Of a stretch of DNA of 64,000 nt, positions 16,775 to 26,758 are shown piece after piece. The stretch is from a virus. The translations under genes and the position numbers were made by a program. Where the stretch lies: IMG/VR virus record IMGVR_UViG_3300045996_002640, positions 1 to 64,000 of that record. The stretch is one strand, 5' to 3'. A model generated the notes under the pieces. That model saw nothing but the letters and a program-made list of their open reading frames with translations, was not told the DNA's origin and did not search any database. Position 1 is the stretch's first letter. Each line of letters starts with the position of its first letter.

Positions 16775-18453
16775 TTCCTCGGGCGCTTCGGAGCGCCCCT
16801 GTTCCTAAGTGAGACAGCAAGGTCGAATGCAGTCAGCGCACCGACATAGCGGAGCGTCGCCGCGCGACCGACGAGCACGTACACGCCTTGGTTCGCAAAG
16901 AGCGTCTTCGAGTGATCCCAGTCGAACGACACGTCGCGTCCTTGGAGCAGATAGGAACCGGTGTCGCAGAAGAGCGCTCGCCCTCGAGCGAAAAGCGCCG
17001 ATTGCCCGCTCACCACGAACGAGCCTGGGTCCGCGACGAGCCGATAGCCCTGGTTCAAGTTCGCGGCGTTCCCGGTGAGCGTGAAGGTTCCAGTGTTCGC
17101 CTGGAGCGCGCGCGCTGCGCGGAGCGTCGCCTGGTTCCCGGTAAGAACGAACGACCCGAGGTCCGCGGTCATCACCAGGTTCGCGCCGGTCAGGAGATTG
17201 GCCGGGTTCCCGGTGAGCGCGTACGTGCCGCTGTCTGCGCTCAGGCGCCAGGTACGGGGAAAGAGCGCGGGGTTCCCGGTGAACGCGTACGTGCCGCCAT
17301 TGGCGAGCAGCGTCCGGCCCTTAAGAAAGAACGCCGGATTGCCGGTCAAGGCGAACGAGCCGAGGTCCGCCGGCATGCGGTAGCCCTGGATCAGATTCGC
17401 CGCCGCGCCGCTGAGCGAGAACGAGCCGAGGTCCGCCGTCAGCCGGAAGCCTTGCAGCAAGCCAGCCGCCGCGCCGCTCAGGGCGAACGACCCGAGGTCG
17501 GCTGCGAGCCGGTAGCCCTGGAGCAGATTCGCCGCCGAACCGCTCAGGGCGAACGACCCGAGGTTGGCAGCCATCGAGTAGTTGGTCCCCTCGACCAGGT
17601 TCGCGGCGTTCCCGGTGAGCGCGAACGACCCGAGGTCCGAGACCAGTCGATAGCCCTGGAGCAAGTTCGCCGCCGCGCCAGTGAGCGTGAACGAACCAGA
17701 GTTGGCCGTCAGGGTGTAGGCGCCGCCCGTGTCGAACGGATCTTCGATGTCGTTGTCGGCCTCGATCTCGTCGTCGGCCGCGAGCAGAACCGTTTCATCG
17801 AAGGTGTCGTACGTCCAAAACCCGAGATAGTGCGAGTAGCCAGCATTCGCCACGGTGCCGGCACCGAACGGAGCGCCGCAGACGAGCTCGTCGGTTCCGG
17901 TCGTGATCGAGAGCGTCGTGTTCTGAGTGACCGTCGCGACTGTCGCGCTGACGGCGCTGCCCTGAAAGTACATCCGGAACCGCAAGTTCGCGGTCGCATT
18001 CGGCGTGTCGCAAACGATCCACAACCGATAGAGCGTGTTCGTCGAAAGCGTCGTCCCGGTCGTTGCCGTCAGCACTTCGCCGTTGTTGAAGACGAATCGG
18101 ATCTCGGAGCCATTGTAGTAGCAAGTCCACCGTCGGTTCCCGACCGCGTTCTCGTCCTCGCTGATGCCTACGAGTACTTCGCCGTTCTGCGGCGCAGTCG
18201 ATCCAGTCCGAAAAACGAAGCACATGATGAGCTTCGTCGCACCATGAACGCCGGTGATCAGATCCGATCCGGTCGCATTTGGCGCTGCGTTGTACTGGAC
18301 GCGGTATCCCTCACCGAGCCCGTCGCCGTTGCCATACCAGCCGCCTGACGATCCGAACGACTGGATCGATGGCCCGCCAACTGCTGCAGCGATCGTCGTA
18401 CCCGACCCGGCATCGAACGGCCAGATCGCGATCTGCGTTACGGCCATCGCCAT
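16762..18453 (-). CDS. virion fibre-like protein: lectin/LamG-like N-terminus plus ~22-aa tandem repeats
   Basis: Repeated LxADLGSFALSGxAANLLQGYR units in the C-terminal half. Confidence 0.75.
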   Translation of the reverse strand: MAMAVTQIAIWPFDAGSGTTIAAAVGGPSIQSFGSSGGWYGNGDGLGEGYRVQYNAAPNATGSDLITGVHGATKLIMCFVFRTGSTAPQNGEVLVGISEDENAVGNRRWTCYYNGSEIRFVFNNGEVLTATTGTTLSTNTLYRLWIVCDTPNATANLRFRMYFQGSAVSATVATVTQNTTLSITTGTDELVCGAPFGAGTVANAGYSHYLGFWTYDTFDETVLLAADDEIEADNDIEDPFDTGGAYTLTANSGSFTLTGAAANLLQGYRLVSDLGSFALTGNAANLVEGTNYSMAANLGSFALSGSAANLLQGYRLAADLGSFALSGAAAGLLQGFRLTADLGSFSLSGAAANLIQGYRMPADLGSFALTGNPAFFLKGRTLLANGGTYAFTGNPALFPRTWRLSADSGTYALTGNPANLLTGANLVMTADLGSFVLTGNQATLRAARALQANTGTFTLTGNAANLNQGYRLVADPGSFVVSGQSALFARGRALFCDTGSYLLQGRDVSFDWDHSKTLFANQGVYVLVGRAATLRYVGALTAFDLAVSLRNRGAPKRPRNWRP

Positions 18454-18456
18454 CGG

Positions 18457-18678
18457 TCACCTACTTCTCGCTTTTGCGACCGACTCGCTGCGGCACCAGA
18501 ACTCGTTCGCGCTCATTCTGCGACCGAGCTCGACGCTCGATCTCTGACCAAGCTCGGTCGCTTCGAGAACACCCAGCGACTCCCAACCGCGCTTGTCCTC
18601 GGTCCCGTTGACCTCGACGACCGTCCAAGTCGTGCCGCTTCGGACAACGACGTAGCTATCGCCGAGCTTGAGCTTCAT
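18457..18678 (-). CDS. small hypothetical protein
   Basis: MKLKLGDSYVVV...; fills the operon gap. Confidence 0.6.
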   Translation of the reverse strand: MKLKLGDSYVVVRSGTTWTVVEVNGTEDKRGWESLGVLEATELGQRSSVELGRRMSANEFWCRSESVAKARSR

Positions 18679-18682
18679 CGCG

Positions 18683-19141
18683 TCACGCGCTGCGGTTTTT
18701 CGGGTCCCTCGCGACGAACTTCGGGAGCGCCTCGGGCTCGAGCTCGAGCTTCGCGCAAAGCTTGCCGAGCGCAGAATCCGGATCGAAAAGCTTCGTCGGA
18801 ACCCATTCGATCGGGCCCGCGTTCCAGCCACGAACCGCTCCACGACGAGTCAGACCGCGAGCGCGGTGATCCCGGCAATTGAGGCAGCCCACCTCGAAAC
18901 CAGTCGGCTGGCGCATGCCGAACGCCGCGCCTCCGCAAGAGGGGCAAGGCTTCGCGCCGGTCGCGATGACCGTTCCAAGCTCGCTCTTGAAGAGCAGCAC
19001 GTCCTTATGCGCCGCGGTGAGCATGGCCTCGGTCACGCCCTCGGCGCCGGCGCGGTACCGCTCGAGCGTCGCGTTGTAGATGGTCTGCGCGAGCTCGATC
19101 TTTTCTTCGGCCGCTTCGATCGGGTCGATTGCTTCGGACAT
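18683..19141 (-). CDS. protein with a Lar-like (restriction alleviation) zinc ribbon
   Basis: KPCPSCGG...VGCLNC...AVRGWN. Confidence 0.55.
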   Translation of the reverse strand: MSEAIDPIEAAEEKIELAQTIYNATLERYRAGAEGVTEAMLTAAHKDVLLFKSELGTVIATGAKPCPSCGGAAFGMRQPTGFEVGCLNCRDHRARGLTRRGAVRGWNAGPIEWVPTKLFDPDSALGKLCAKLELEPEALPKFVARDPKNRSA

Positions 19142-19148
19142 GGTTTCC

Positions 19149-19565
19149 TCAGGCGAGCGCGATAGCGCCGTTCGTGCCGTCGAAGTCGATGGTGAAAGTC
19201 TCGCCGGAGGCGAGCGTAACATCCGAGCCGTAGTCGAACCAGCCGATGAGCTCGTCGTTCGTCGCGGTGTCGTTGTAGATCACGACGTAGCGGAACGCGG
19301 CCACCGAACCGCCCGACGCGGTCAAGACGAGGTCGTTAAGGGTGAGCTTGTACGAGCCGCTGGCTTGCGCCGAGCTCGCGGTCGTGATCGCTCGAGAACT
19401 CAGATTCGTGTACGAAATCTGAGTCAGGTTCGAGAGCTGAGTGTTGCTCGCGACCGGCGCGTTCGCCGCCGCGCAGAGCGCCACTACGAGCGCGTCAGAA
19501 CCGAGGTTGTGGACCTTTTCGGCGAGCGCCTCGACGAAGCTGTTGAACTTGTTGTACGTCGCCAT
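19149..19565 (-). CDS. virion structural protein
   Basis: MATYNKFNSFVEALAEKVHNLGSD...LIGWFDYGSDVTLASGETFTIDF, a pattern common in phage fibre/neck regions. Confidence 0.8.
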   Translation of the reverse strand: MATYNKFNSFVEALAEKVHNLGSDALVVALCAAANAPVASNTQLSNLTQISYTNLSSRAITTASSAQASGSYKLTLNDLVLTASGGSVAAFRYVVIYNDTATNDELIGWFDYGSDVTLASGETFTIDFDGTNGAIALA

Positions 19566-19601
19566 CGAGGCAAAGCCCTAACACCTCGAGTGGCTCGCTC
19601 G

Positions 19602-20906
19602 TCAAGGGAGGCTTGCGTGGTACTGGTCCATCGACAGCCGTTGGTCTGAGGTCGCAGCTACGTTCGCGACGACCGCGTCCTTGACCGTGATGTCCGCGTT
19701 ATTGCCACCACCACCGGTGCCATCGCGCGCGCCGATGATGAACCCCGGGCTCGCGGCGATTGTGTAGGTGTAGGTCGCTGACGCGGTTTGATCGAGCGAG
19801 CCGTTCCTCCAGTGCTGCGAGGTCGTCCCGGAATGCACCTTGGCTCGCCGGTAGAACGTGTTCTGGACGATGACGTTCGTGCTCTGACCCGTGACGCTGC
19901 CGCCGCCGCCGAACCAGGGTACATTCAAATTGCACGCGCCGATCAGCGACGAGCTGCTGCTAACTTGGGAACGGCCGTAGCAGAGCCAGCCTTGAAAGTT
20001 GCCAATGCTCGCCGCGTGGCTCTTGGCCAGGATGAACAGCGAGTGGTCGAAATTGCCAGAAAGCCCGCTTGAAGTACGCTCGAGCGACTGGAACAACGCG
20101 GCCAAGAACGTGATCCCGCTGCCGTCAGGCTCGAGATAGGGCCGCCTCGAATCAGTGGCCTGGACCAGATGCACGCCGTTGCCGCTCGCGTCGTTCCACT
20201 GATTGACGCGGCGCTGGTAGAGGTCCGAAAGGTAAACGATCAGCCCGCTCGTGCCGTCGCCCGAGTAGCTCAGCGAGTTGTCCGCGTTGCCGATCCCGAT
20301 GTCCAGGTTGTTGCTCGTCGCGCGTACCGTGTACGAGCAGAGCCACCACCCGTTCCCGAGGCTCGTGATCGAGCTGTCCCGAACGTTCGCTCCCGGGGTC
20401 GAGCCGACCGCGCCGGTCGAAACGTTGAAGTAGATTCGGTCAGTCGAGTTGTCGCCGATCCAGAGCCAGCTCCGGCCGTTCGCCTTCGCCCGGATCTGGA
20501 CGCGCATGAGCGCGCCGCTCGCCTGGTTCGTGAAGGTATGCCGCAGGTTGTGAACCAGCGTGCCGCCGCTATTCTCGGCGAGTCGGGTCGCTGAGCTACC
20601 GCCGACCGGGTCCGCCTGCCCTGTCGTGATCGTGATGTTCGTCTTCGTCCAATTGGCGTGAGCGAAGTCGTTTTCGTTGCCGAGCGTCGTGTCGGTCGTC
20701 GTGATCCCGGTGCCGTACTGCCACCACGCTTGAAACCCCGACGGGAAAATGACCGACGGGATCTGGATCGGCGATGCAGAGAAAATCGAGTGACGCGTCG
20801 CGACGATCCCGAGCGCGTGCACGCGGTCTCTTGGGCGAATCACGCGCCGCCGGTGAGGCCGCTCGACCTCGCTCACCTCGGAACCAGAGGGGAAGTAGAG
20901 CGTCAT
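19602..20906 (-). CDS. fibre/spike protein (head-spike-fibre-like domain plus LamG-like domain)
   Basis: Start MTLYFPSG at 20906 (ATGA overlap); SLGNGWWLCS and QWNDASGNGVHLVQAT..RP motifs. Confidence 0.75.
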   Translation of the reverse strand: MTLYFPSGSEVSEVERPHRRRVIRPRDRVHALGIVATRHSIFSASPIQIPSVIFPSGFQAWWQYGTGITTTDTTLGNENDFAHANWTKTNITITTGQADPVGGSSATRLAENSGGTLVHNLRHTFTNQASGALMRVQIRAKANGRSWLWIGDNSTDRIYFNVSTGAVGSTPGANVRDSSITSLGNGWWLCSYTVRATSNNLDIGIGNADNSLSYSGDGTSGLIVYLSDLYQRRVNQWNDASGNGVHLVQATDSRRPYLEPDGSGITFLAALFQSLERTSSGLSGNFDHSLFILAKSHAASIGNFQGWLCYGRSQVSSSSSLIGACNLNVPWFGGGGSVTGQSTNVIVQNTFYRRAKVHSGTTSQHWRNGSLDQTASATYTYTIAASPGFIIGARDGTGGGGNNADITVKDAVVANVAATSDQRLSMDQYHASLP

Positions 20907-21736
20907 TTGCGGAGGATCGTGGCGTCCCAGTAGGAAACCCAGTTGATGTTTTGAGCAGCGACCCCGGTCACTCGCGGGTAGAGCTTGCCGCTCGAAGCCA
21001 CGATCTCCGGGGTACCGGCCGTGAACGCGCCGCCTGAAAGATCGCGAAGCACCGTGGCCGCCGATGCATACGCGGTCGTGATGGTGCCGCTCGTATCGAC
21101 GAAGAACGCCGCCTCGACAGACCAGCTCTTGAACGAGGTGTTCGTGCCGACGCGCTGCGCCGTCGTGACGCCCCTCAGGTAAACCGTCGCTCCCCACGTG
21201 GGCGAGAAGCCATTTCCAAGTAGCGTCGGAGTCGCGTCCGTCGTCTGAGCGCGCGCCTGGTAGTACGGCAGCGCGTCGGCGATGATCTGCGAATAGTCCT
21301 CCTGCCAGCCGCGGAGCCCACCCTGAGTCGTCTCGCCAGGGATCGACTTTGCCGGCTTGCCCATCGAGAGCACGAGCTTGCGTTCGAACTGCTGAGGCCC
21401 GAGGTCAGTCGCGGCTTCGGCGCGAACGATCCAGGAGTGGGTGTCGTACTCGGTCGAGTACATGTCGATCGAACCGATCCCGCTCGCCGGGCTGACGATA
21501 TACGACTGATTGCCGTTCACCGTGATGACCGGCGCCCCCTTGCTCGAGAGTGGGTAGTCACCAGGAACCAGGTCACCAGCCGTTGGGACCGAGTAGGTGA
21601 CCAACGTCACGCTGTTGGGGTCCTCGAGCTGCAGCGAAAGCGTTTCGCCGGGGAGCGCGTAGTGGGCGTACGCGGTTGAAAGCGAGAGGCCCGAGAGCGT
21701 CCCGGTGATCTTGAACCGCGCCTTGTTCGTCGCCAT
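20903..21736 (-). CDS. tail-associated structural protein
   Basis: Thr/Ser/Gly-rich; located in the fibre cluster. Confidence 0.7.
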   Translation of the reverse strand: MATNKARFKITGTLSGLSLSTAYAHYALPGETLSLQLEDPNSVTLVTYSVPTAGDLVPGDYPLSSKGAPVITVNGNQSYIVSPASGIGSIDMYSTEYDTHSWIVRAEAATDLGPQQFERKLVLSMGKPAKSIPGETTQGGLRGWQEDYSQIIADALPYYQARAQTTDATPTLLGNGFSPTWGATVYLRGVTTAQRVGTNTSFKSWSVEAAFFVDTSGTITTAYASAATVLRDLSGGAFTAGTPEIVASSGKLYPRVTGVAAQNINWVSYWDATILRK

Positions 21737-21772
21737 CGTTGCCCCGCCATAACACCGCGGAGCGCGAGCCGG

Positions 21773-22114
21773 CTACGCTTCGCGGAGATCGCCAACGATC
21801 GAGAACTGGAGCCGTCCGAACCAACGGTTGTGGCGCTGCTCGCGCAAGACCACGAGGTGCACGCCCGCCGCCTTCGGAACGAAGATGATTCGGTCGGGTC
21901 GCGTACGCCGGTAGACGTGCTCGAAGTAGCTCACGGCGGTCGGGCCCTGGACGATGAAATCGAGCGGCAGCGCGGTGCCCTCAGGATCGCAGCTTGAGTA
22001 GTCGACCAGGATGACCGTTGGGCGCCCAACGACGGCCGGGTCTGTCGCCGGGTCGAGCGAGAGCTTGATCCTGTCCTCGCCGATGTAAGCCGGGCTGAGC
22101 TCGTCCAGGTTCAC
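21773..22114 (-). CDS. hypothetical tail-region protein
   Basis: GTGA-coupled; GGAGG RBS. Confidence 0.65.
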   Translation of the reverse strand: MNLDELSPAYIGEDRIKLSLDPATDPAVVGRPTVILVDYSSCDPEGTALPLDFIVQGPTAVSYFEHVYRRTRPDRIIFVPKAAGVHLVVLREQRHNRWFGRLQFSIVGDLREA

Positions 22115-22491
22115 GAAGCCTCCACGCAGATGTGGGTGATGAACGAGCCGCCGCGCGGCCGATAGCAGACGAGCTCGTAGTTGCCGACCGCGGGCGGCGT
22201 GAAGCGGCAGCGCGACGAGAACCCAGGATCGGAGATCGGCGTGTATGGCTCGACCGGCGCGCTCGCAAACCACCACGAGAACAGGAAGCCGCTCAGATTC
22301 GCGTCGATCTCGCCTTCGACGCCAGTCGATTCGGGAGTCGCCATCGCCTCGATCGGCGTGTTGACGACCGCCTTGAGGTAGCGGTGCGGCGAGCCCACCG
22401 GGTTCAGGCGCGAGGGGCGGTCCTCAGTCGGGTAGTCCGTCCAGTCGGCTACCTCAGCCCCGCTCGTGACTCGCATCTTGAAGTTGGCCAT
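22111..22491 (-). CDS. hypothetical tail-region protein (Ig/PKD-like)
   Basis: FSWWFASAP...FTPPAVGNYEL resembles a beta-sandwich. Confidence 0.65.
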   Translation of the reverse strand: MANFKMRVTSGAEVADWTDYPTEDRPSRLNPVGSPHRYLKAVVNTPIEAMATPESTGVEGEIDANLSGFLFSWWFASAPVEPYTPISDPGFSSRCRFTPPAVGNYELVCYRPRGGSFITHICVEAS

Positions 22492-22494
22492 CGC

Positions 22495-23598
22495 TCAGAG
22501 CCCATAGCGGTACGTCATGTGGTGAACGCCGCTCGAGCTGTTCGCAATCACCACTTGAGGGCCTGGGGACATCGCCTTGCAAAACGCACCGGCTGAGAGC
22601 TGCGCGGTGAGCTTCCAAGTCACGCCTGCATCGATCGAGCATGCGACCTCGCCATCGTCCGAGATCGCCACGAGCAGCCGGTTCCAATCGAAGAGCTGCC
22701 CGAGCGGGCCCAGGTTCGTCGAGATCAAGAACGGCAGCGTGCCGACCGCGGACCAAGAACCGGTGAGCCCGGTCGTGCTCTTGTAGACCGTGAGACCGTT
22801 CCTCAGCAGGGCATAGAACGCCTGCTGATAGTCGCTCCACCACACCGTCTCGAAATTGGCCGGGCTCGTCTGGTTCGTAAACGACCCCGCGGTGATCGTG
22901 CTCGAGCTCGTGTAGGTGTTCGTCGCCGTGCCTGAGCATGCGAGGTAGCGACCGAGCGTCGGCGAAAAGCACGCGCTCACTCGAGCAAGCGCGTCCGGTC
23001 CGACGAACGACGTCCAGGTGATTCCGTCCGCCGAAGTATCGAAATCGCCATCCGCGAATCCCGACACGAACTTGTTCACCGAGCCGGCGCAGTAGATGAG
23101 CGAGTTGGGGCCGAACGTGCTCGCCGCCTTTCCGGAAGTACGGCTCGTCCAGGTCGTTCCGTTCGTGCTCGTGCGGTACCTGAGGGTCGAGCTCGCGATC
23201 GGCGCGCCCGCGAACACCATCAAGTTCGAGCTTGGATGGATAGCCGCGTACATGCCGAGCGACCCGCCGCCACCACCGAGGCCGTTGCTCGCATCCGCGG
23301 GGATCGTGAGCGCGGTGCGTTGGGCGCCCGGCGCGATGAACGAGAAACCAGTCGGGGGGTTGCCGGCGCCGAACGAAAAGAATCGACCGAGCGACGGGCT
23401 ATAGACCAGCGCCTCGCCACCGGTGTTGTCCGTGAACGACGGCAGCCAATTCGAAAAGACCGCCATATCGGTGTAGACGCGCCCGTCCGCGCCGGCCGCC
23501 GCGTTCTCATCGATCTGAGTGATGTCCGCCGAGGGGAGCTCCTCGAAGAGTCCGTACCCGAGTGGGTTGGCGCGCTGAAAAGGATAGGTGACAGTCAT
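22495..23598 (-). CDS. tail fibre / receptor-binding protein with BNR (Asp-box) repeats
   Basis: TSTNGTTWT, TSADGITWT and SIDAGVTWK repeats; follows the baseplate genes. Confidence 0.8.
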   Translation of the reverse strand: MTVTYPFQRANPLGYGLFEELPSADITQIDENAAAGADGRVYTDMAVFSNWLPSFTDNTGGEALVYSPSLGRFFSFGAGNPPTGFSFIAPGAQRTALTIPADASNGLGGGGGSLGMYAAIHPSSNLMVFAGAPIASSTLRYRTSTNGTTWTSRTSGKAASTFGPNSLIYCAGSVNKFVSGFADGDFDTSADGITWTSFVGPDALARVSACFSPTLGRYLACSGTATNTYTSSSTITAGSFTNQTSPANFETVWWSDYQQAFYALLRNGLTVYKSTTGLTGSWSAVGTLPFLISTNLGPLGQLFDWNRLLVAISDDGEVACSIDAGVTWKLTAQLSAGAFCKAMSPGPQVVIANSSSGVHHMTYRYGL

Positions 23599-23939
23599 AC
23601 GTTCTTCAGCTCCTGTACCGGCTTCACTTCTCGCGAGCCCGCGTGCTTGGCGATCCAGCCATCCCAGCCCCCGAACGCGACGTCATCGCTGGGTGCACGT
23701 CGCACGACGAGCCATCCGGGCGGCATGGTGCCGATCACCGAAAGCTCGTCGCCCTCGCCCTCGATCCGCACGAGCTCACGAAGCGCCGCATGCTCGGCCG
23801 CGTCCTTGAGCTCCTCGAGCGAATGGAGCCTGCCGTACGCCGCAGCGCGGTGCCTGAGCTCGGCGAGCGTGAGGGGCTGGCCGTGGTTCAGCGCGAGCAG
23901 ATTGACGATCGTGACCGCGATGGTGCTCGGGGCATTCAC
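23595..23939 (-). CDS. hypothetical protein
   Basis: GTGA-coupled on both sides. Confidence 0.6.
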   Translation of the reverse strand: MNAPSTIAVTIVNLLALNHGQPLTLAELRHRAAAYGRLHSLEELKDAAEHAALRELVRIEGEGDELSVIGTMPPGWLVVRRAPSDDVAFGGWDGWIAKHAGSREVKPVQELKNV

Positions 23940-24673
23940 GTCGCGAAGCCTGTCACGTCGAGCAAGCTCTCGTCCAGGATGAAGCCGACCGCGAGCAGGA
24001 CTCCGAAATCGTTCCAAGCCGGCAGCGCCTCGTCCATCAGGTCAATCGCACGGTTCCTGATCCGCCCGATCTCTTCCGGGACCGCACCCGTAGGCGCGAC
24101 GTCGAGCACCGCGTACACCCGATGCTTGCTGCTGTGATTCGGGGCGAGCGCGTGGCTGCGCCTGAGCATCGGGCCCGCGGCGCTGAACGTGCCCTCGCCA
24201 TCAGGCGTTCCGATCGGGTCGTAGAACTTGCCCGGGATCGTTTCGTTCATGAAAGTCGCGAGCGGGTACACGAGCTCGAAATCGGGATGGAGCTCGAGCA
24301 GCTTGTCCTCGATCGGGCTCGCCACGCCCGCACTCCGATCAGTCCAGCGCGCGACGACAGCCGCTCGCCGAGTCTCGAAGTCAGCGCCCGGCGGGACCAC
24401 GATCTTCAAGATCTCTTCATAGGTCGGAAGCTCATCGGTACACGTGGTCGGCCAAGCCTGCCAGTGCGCCGCCTCCTCGACCGAGTTGAGCGCCGCGAGT
24501 CCGAACGCCTTGCTCGCGCGCCAGAGCCCGTCGATGGTCGTGAGCTCGAGATCGTCATCTGCGGGCACGCCTTGGCCAACCAGCTGCTCGCGCAGGGCCA
24601 GATACGTCGCCTCCTCAGAACTCGGCCCGCCGCCGAGCTCCATCGGGAGTCCACCAAATCCACCGAGCGGCAT
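23936..24673 (-). CDS. baseplate wedge protein (Mu gp48-like)
   Basis: PTTCTDELPTYEEIL...RRAAVVARW pattern; position after baseplate J. Confidence 0.7.
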   Translation of the reverse strand: MPLGGFGGLPMELGGGPSSEEATYLALREQLVGQGVPADDDLELTTIDGLWRASKAFGLAALNSVEEAAHWQAWPTTCTDELPTYEEILKIVVPPGADFETRRAAVVARWTDRSAGVASPIEDKLLELHPDFELVYPLATFMNETIPGKFYDPIGTPDGEGTFSAAGPMLRRSHALAPNHSSKHRVYAVLDVAPTGAVPEEIGRIRNRAIDLMDEALPAWNDFGVLLAVGFILDESLLDVTGFAT

Positions 24674-24676
24674 TGG

Positions 24677-25159
24677 TCAGGGCCCGTACAGGAAGACGCC
24701 GATCCTTGAAGCGTCCGAAGCCGAACCGTCGACCTCGGAGCGTACCCGGATGTCGCCTTGGTAGCCGTTCACGTTCATCTGGACGACCGCCGCGAGCGTC
24801 AGCGAATTAACGATCGCTTGCCCGAGGTCGAGCCCGAGCGCGACCAACGACCCGTTCGCGTCGGCGTACTGGTTCGAGCCGAAAGCGAAAGTGTACTGAC
24901 CGACGCCTGGGTGCCCGATCGTGATCGCGCTGTTGGGCAGCAAACCATCCGGGTCCCAAGCGAGCCATTTGCGAGTGACCGTCGCGCCATCCGTCACGAA
25001 GAACGCCTTCGGGACCAGACCGTTCATCCCGGCGACTTGCCAGAAAAGCAGGTTGATCTGCTCGGCGCTGACCTCCTCATCGGGTTTCTTGATCTTGCTT
25101 CGATTCTTGCGGATGGGCCCGAACCCGAGTCGCCGCAGCACGCCAGGAAAACCAGCCAT
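24677..25159 (-). CDS. hypothetical baseplate-region protein
   Basis: 160-aa ORF with GAGG RBS. Confidence 0.7.
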   Translation of the reverse strand: MAGFPGVLRRLGFGPIRKNRSKIKKPDEEVSAEQINLLFWQVAGMNGLVPKAFFVTDGATVTRKWLAWDPDGLLPNSAITIGHPGVGQYTFAFGSNQYADANGSLVALGLDLGQAIVNSLTLAAVVQMNVNGYQGDIRVRSEVDGSASDASRIGVFLYGP

Positions 25160-25169
25160 TTTCGTCCTC

Positions 25170-26756
25170 TCAATCTTCGATGTCGTAGACCCCGAGCTGC
25201 CCGAGGACGAGCATCTCCGGGCCGCTCGTTACCGAGACCGGAACCGAGGGTGCGGCCACCGTCGCGTTCGCGAGATCCGCATCGCCAGCGGCGCCGCCGA
25301 GCGCCTCGAGCAACGAGCTGGTTAGCCGCGCATTCACGCGGTTCGGGTACTCTTCGGACGTCCGCGGGAACCGGTACGCGCGGTGCGCGAGCAAGCTCGT
25401 AGACGGGTCGATAATCTCGCCTGGCCCAAGCGTGTCGAAGTACTGCTCCACCGACCGAGCGATGCCTTCGTGCTGGTCGGTGTAAGGCGAGATGTAGGCG
25501 CCGATCGAAACGTAGGCGACGCCTGTCGCGAGCTGGATTCGGTACTCGTTCACGCCCGTGTTCGAAATCGTCGTGATCGGGAGCTCGTGAAACCGGCTGA
25601 ACGTGTTGTCCCAGATCATCAGGCGCGGCAAATTCACGCCTGTCGCCGGGAGCGCGAAGTTCGGAGCGACGTCCGTCGTGATCCGGAAGTCGGTGTTGTC
25701 GACCATCGAAGTGATCGCGGCGAACTTGAAGGCGCTGCTCGAGCGGGGCCACGGCGCAAAGTCGGCCCAGCCACCACCGCTGCCGCGCTGCAGGCCGAGC
25801 TTGACCGAAATGTCCGAGGCAACGCCGAGCGGCGAGACCACGAGCACGTGGACGTTCCCCGGCACCACCGGCGAGCCAGGCGGGGTCAGGTAGGCCGTCG
25901 CCTGGCTCATGGTGACGAAGTTCGGAAGCCGCGCGTAGGGGCCAAGCGCGCGGCCGCGCTTCTGAAGAATGCAGACCGTCACGTTGCCAGCGCTGAGCGC
26001 GCACGAGTAAACGAAACCCGCCTCTACCGAAACGCTCGCCTCGCGCGCCCAGGCTCGGAAGTGACCCCGGTTGCCCGATGCCGGGCGGTACCGCTGAGCG
26101 TCCTCGATGCGCGCGGCAAACTCGGCGTCCGTCTCGGCGTTCGCGCCGCCTGTGAAGTTCTCGATCACGATCGCTTCGGGCTCGGCGTTCGCCGGCGGGT
26201 TCACCCAGGTCAGGATCGTATCGATCGGCGGGTTCGTATCATCGCCACCGTCGATCCCCTGCAGCTTGAGCTCGACCGTTCCGTCGGCCCAAGTGACCGC
26301 CGTCTGCATGAGCTGGTAACGGTTCAAGCTCGCGTCGCGTGCAATGCGTGCCGCGGGGTCGCCGAGCGTGCTCGAGCCCACCCAGACCACACTTGCGTCC
26401 GCGCGCGCTCGCACGATGCCTGAGCCACCGACCGCCGCGAGCTTACCAGTCGGGATCCACATCGGCTGATGAACGCCGACGAGGTACGCCGAGCTCGAGC
26501 GCCGCGGGAAAGTCTGGTCGACGAACCACGCCGCGCGCGCCTGTTGGGCCTGGCCCATGACGTCGATCGCGTCGGCCTCGAGCCAGTAGCGCGAGCCCTC
26601 CTGCGTGATGATCGCGATCTCGTCCGGCGTGAAGAGCGCGCCGGTGTCCGGGTTCACCATCTCGGCGAGCCCGTTCCTCAGGGTGTCGAGGATGATCGAA
26701 TCCCGCACGTGGCCGCGCGGAAAGAGAATAAAGCGTCGCTCGTCCGGCCTCGTCAC
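25170..26756 (-). CDS. baseplate J-like protein (Mu gp47)
   Basis: FTGGANAETDAEFAARI...SGNRGHFRAWARE signature. Confidence 0.9.
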   Translation of the reverse strand: MTRPDERRFILFPRGHVRDSIILDTLRNGLAEMVNPDTGALFTPDEIAIITQEGSRYWLEADAIDVMGQAQQARAAWFVDQTFPRRSSSAYLVGVHQPMWIPTGKLAAVGGSGIVRARADASVVWVGSSTLGDPAARIARDASLNRYQLMQTAVTWADGTVELKLQGIDGGDDTNPPIDTILTWVNPPANAEPEAIVIENFTGGANAETDAEFAARIEDAQRYRPASGNRGHFRAWAREASVSVEAGFVYSCALSAGNVTVCILQKRGRALGPYARLPNFVTMSQATAYLTPPGSPVVPGNVHVLVVSPLGVASDISVKLGLQRGSGGGWADFAPWPRSSSAFKFAAITSMVDNTDFRITTDVAPNFALPATGVNLPRLMIWDNTFSRFHELPITTISNTGVNEYRIQLATGVAYVSIGAYISPYTDQHEGIARSVEQYFDTLGPGEIIDPSTSLLAHRAYRFPRTSEEYPNRVNARLTSSLLEALGGAAGDADLANATVAAPSVPVSVTSGPEMLVLGQLGVYDIED

Positions 26757-26758
26757 GT

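Noticed and set aside
16950-17720. 66-bp repeats in the fibre gene as a DGR template or variable repeat
   Set aside because: They are in-frame protein repeats with no adenine-specific variation pattern, and no reverse transcriptase is present.
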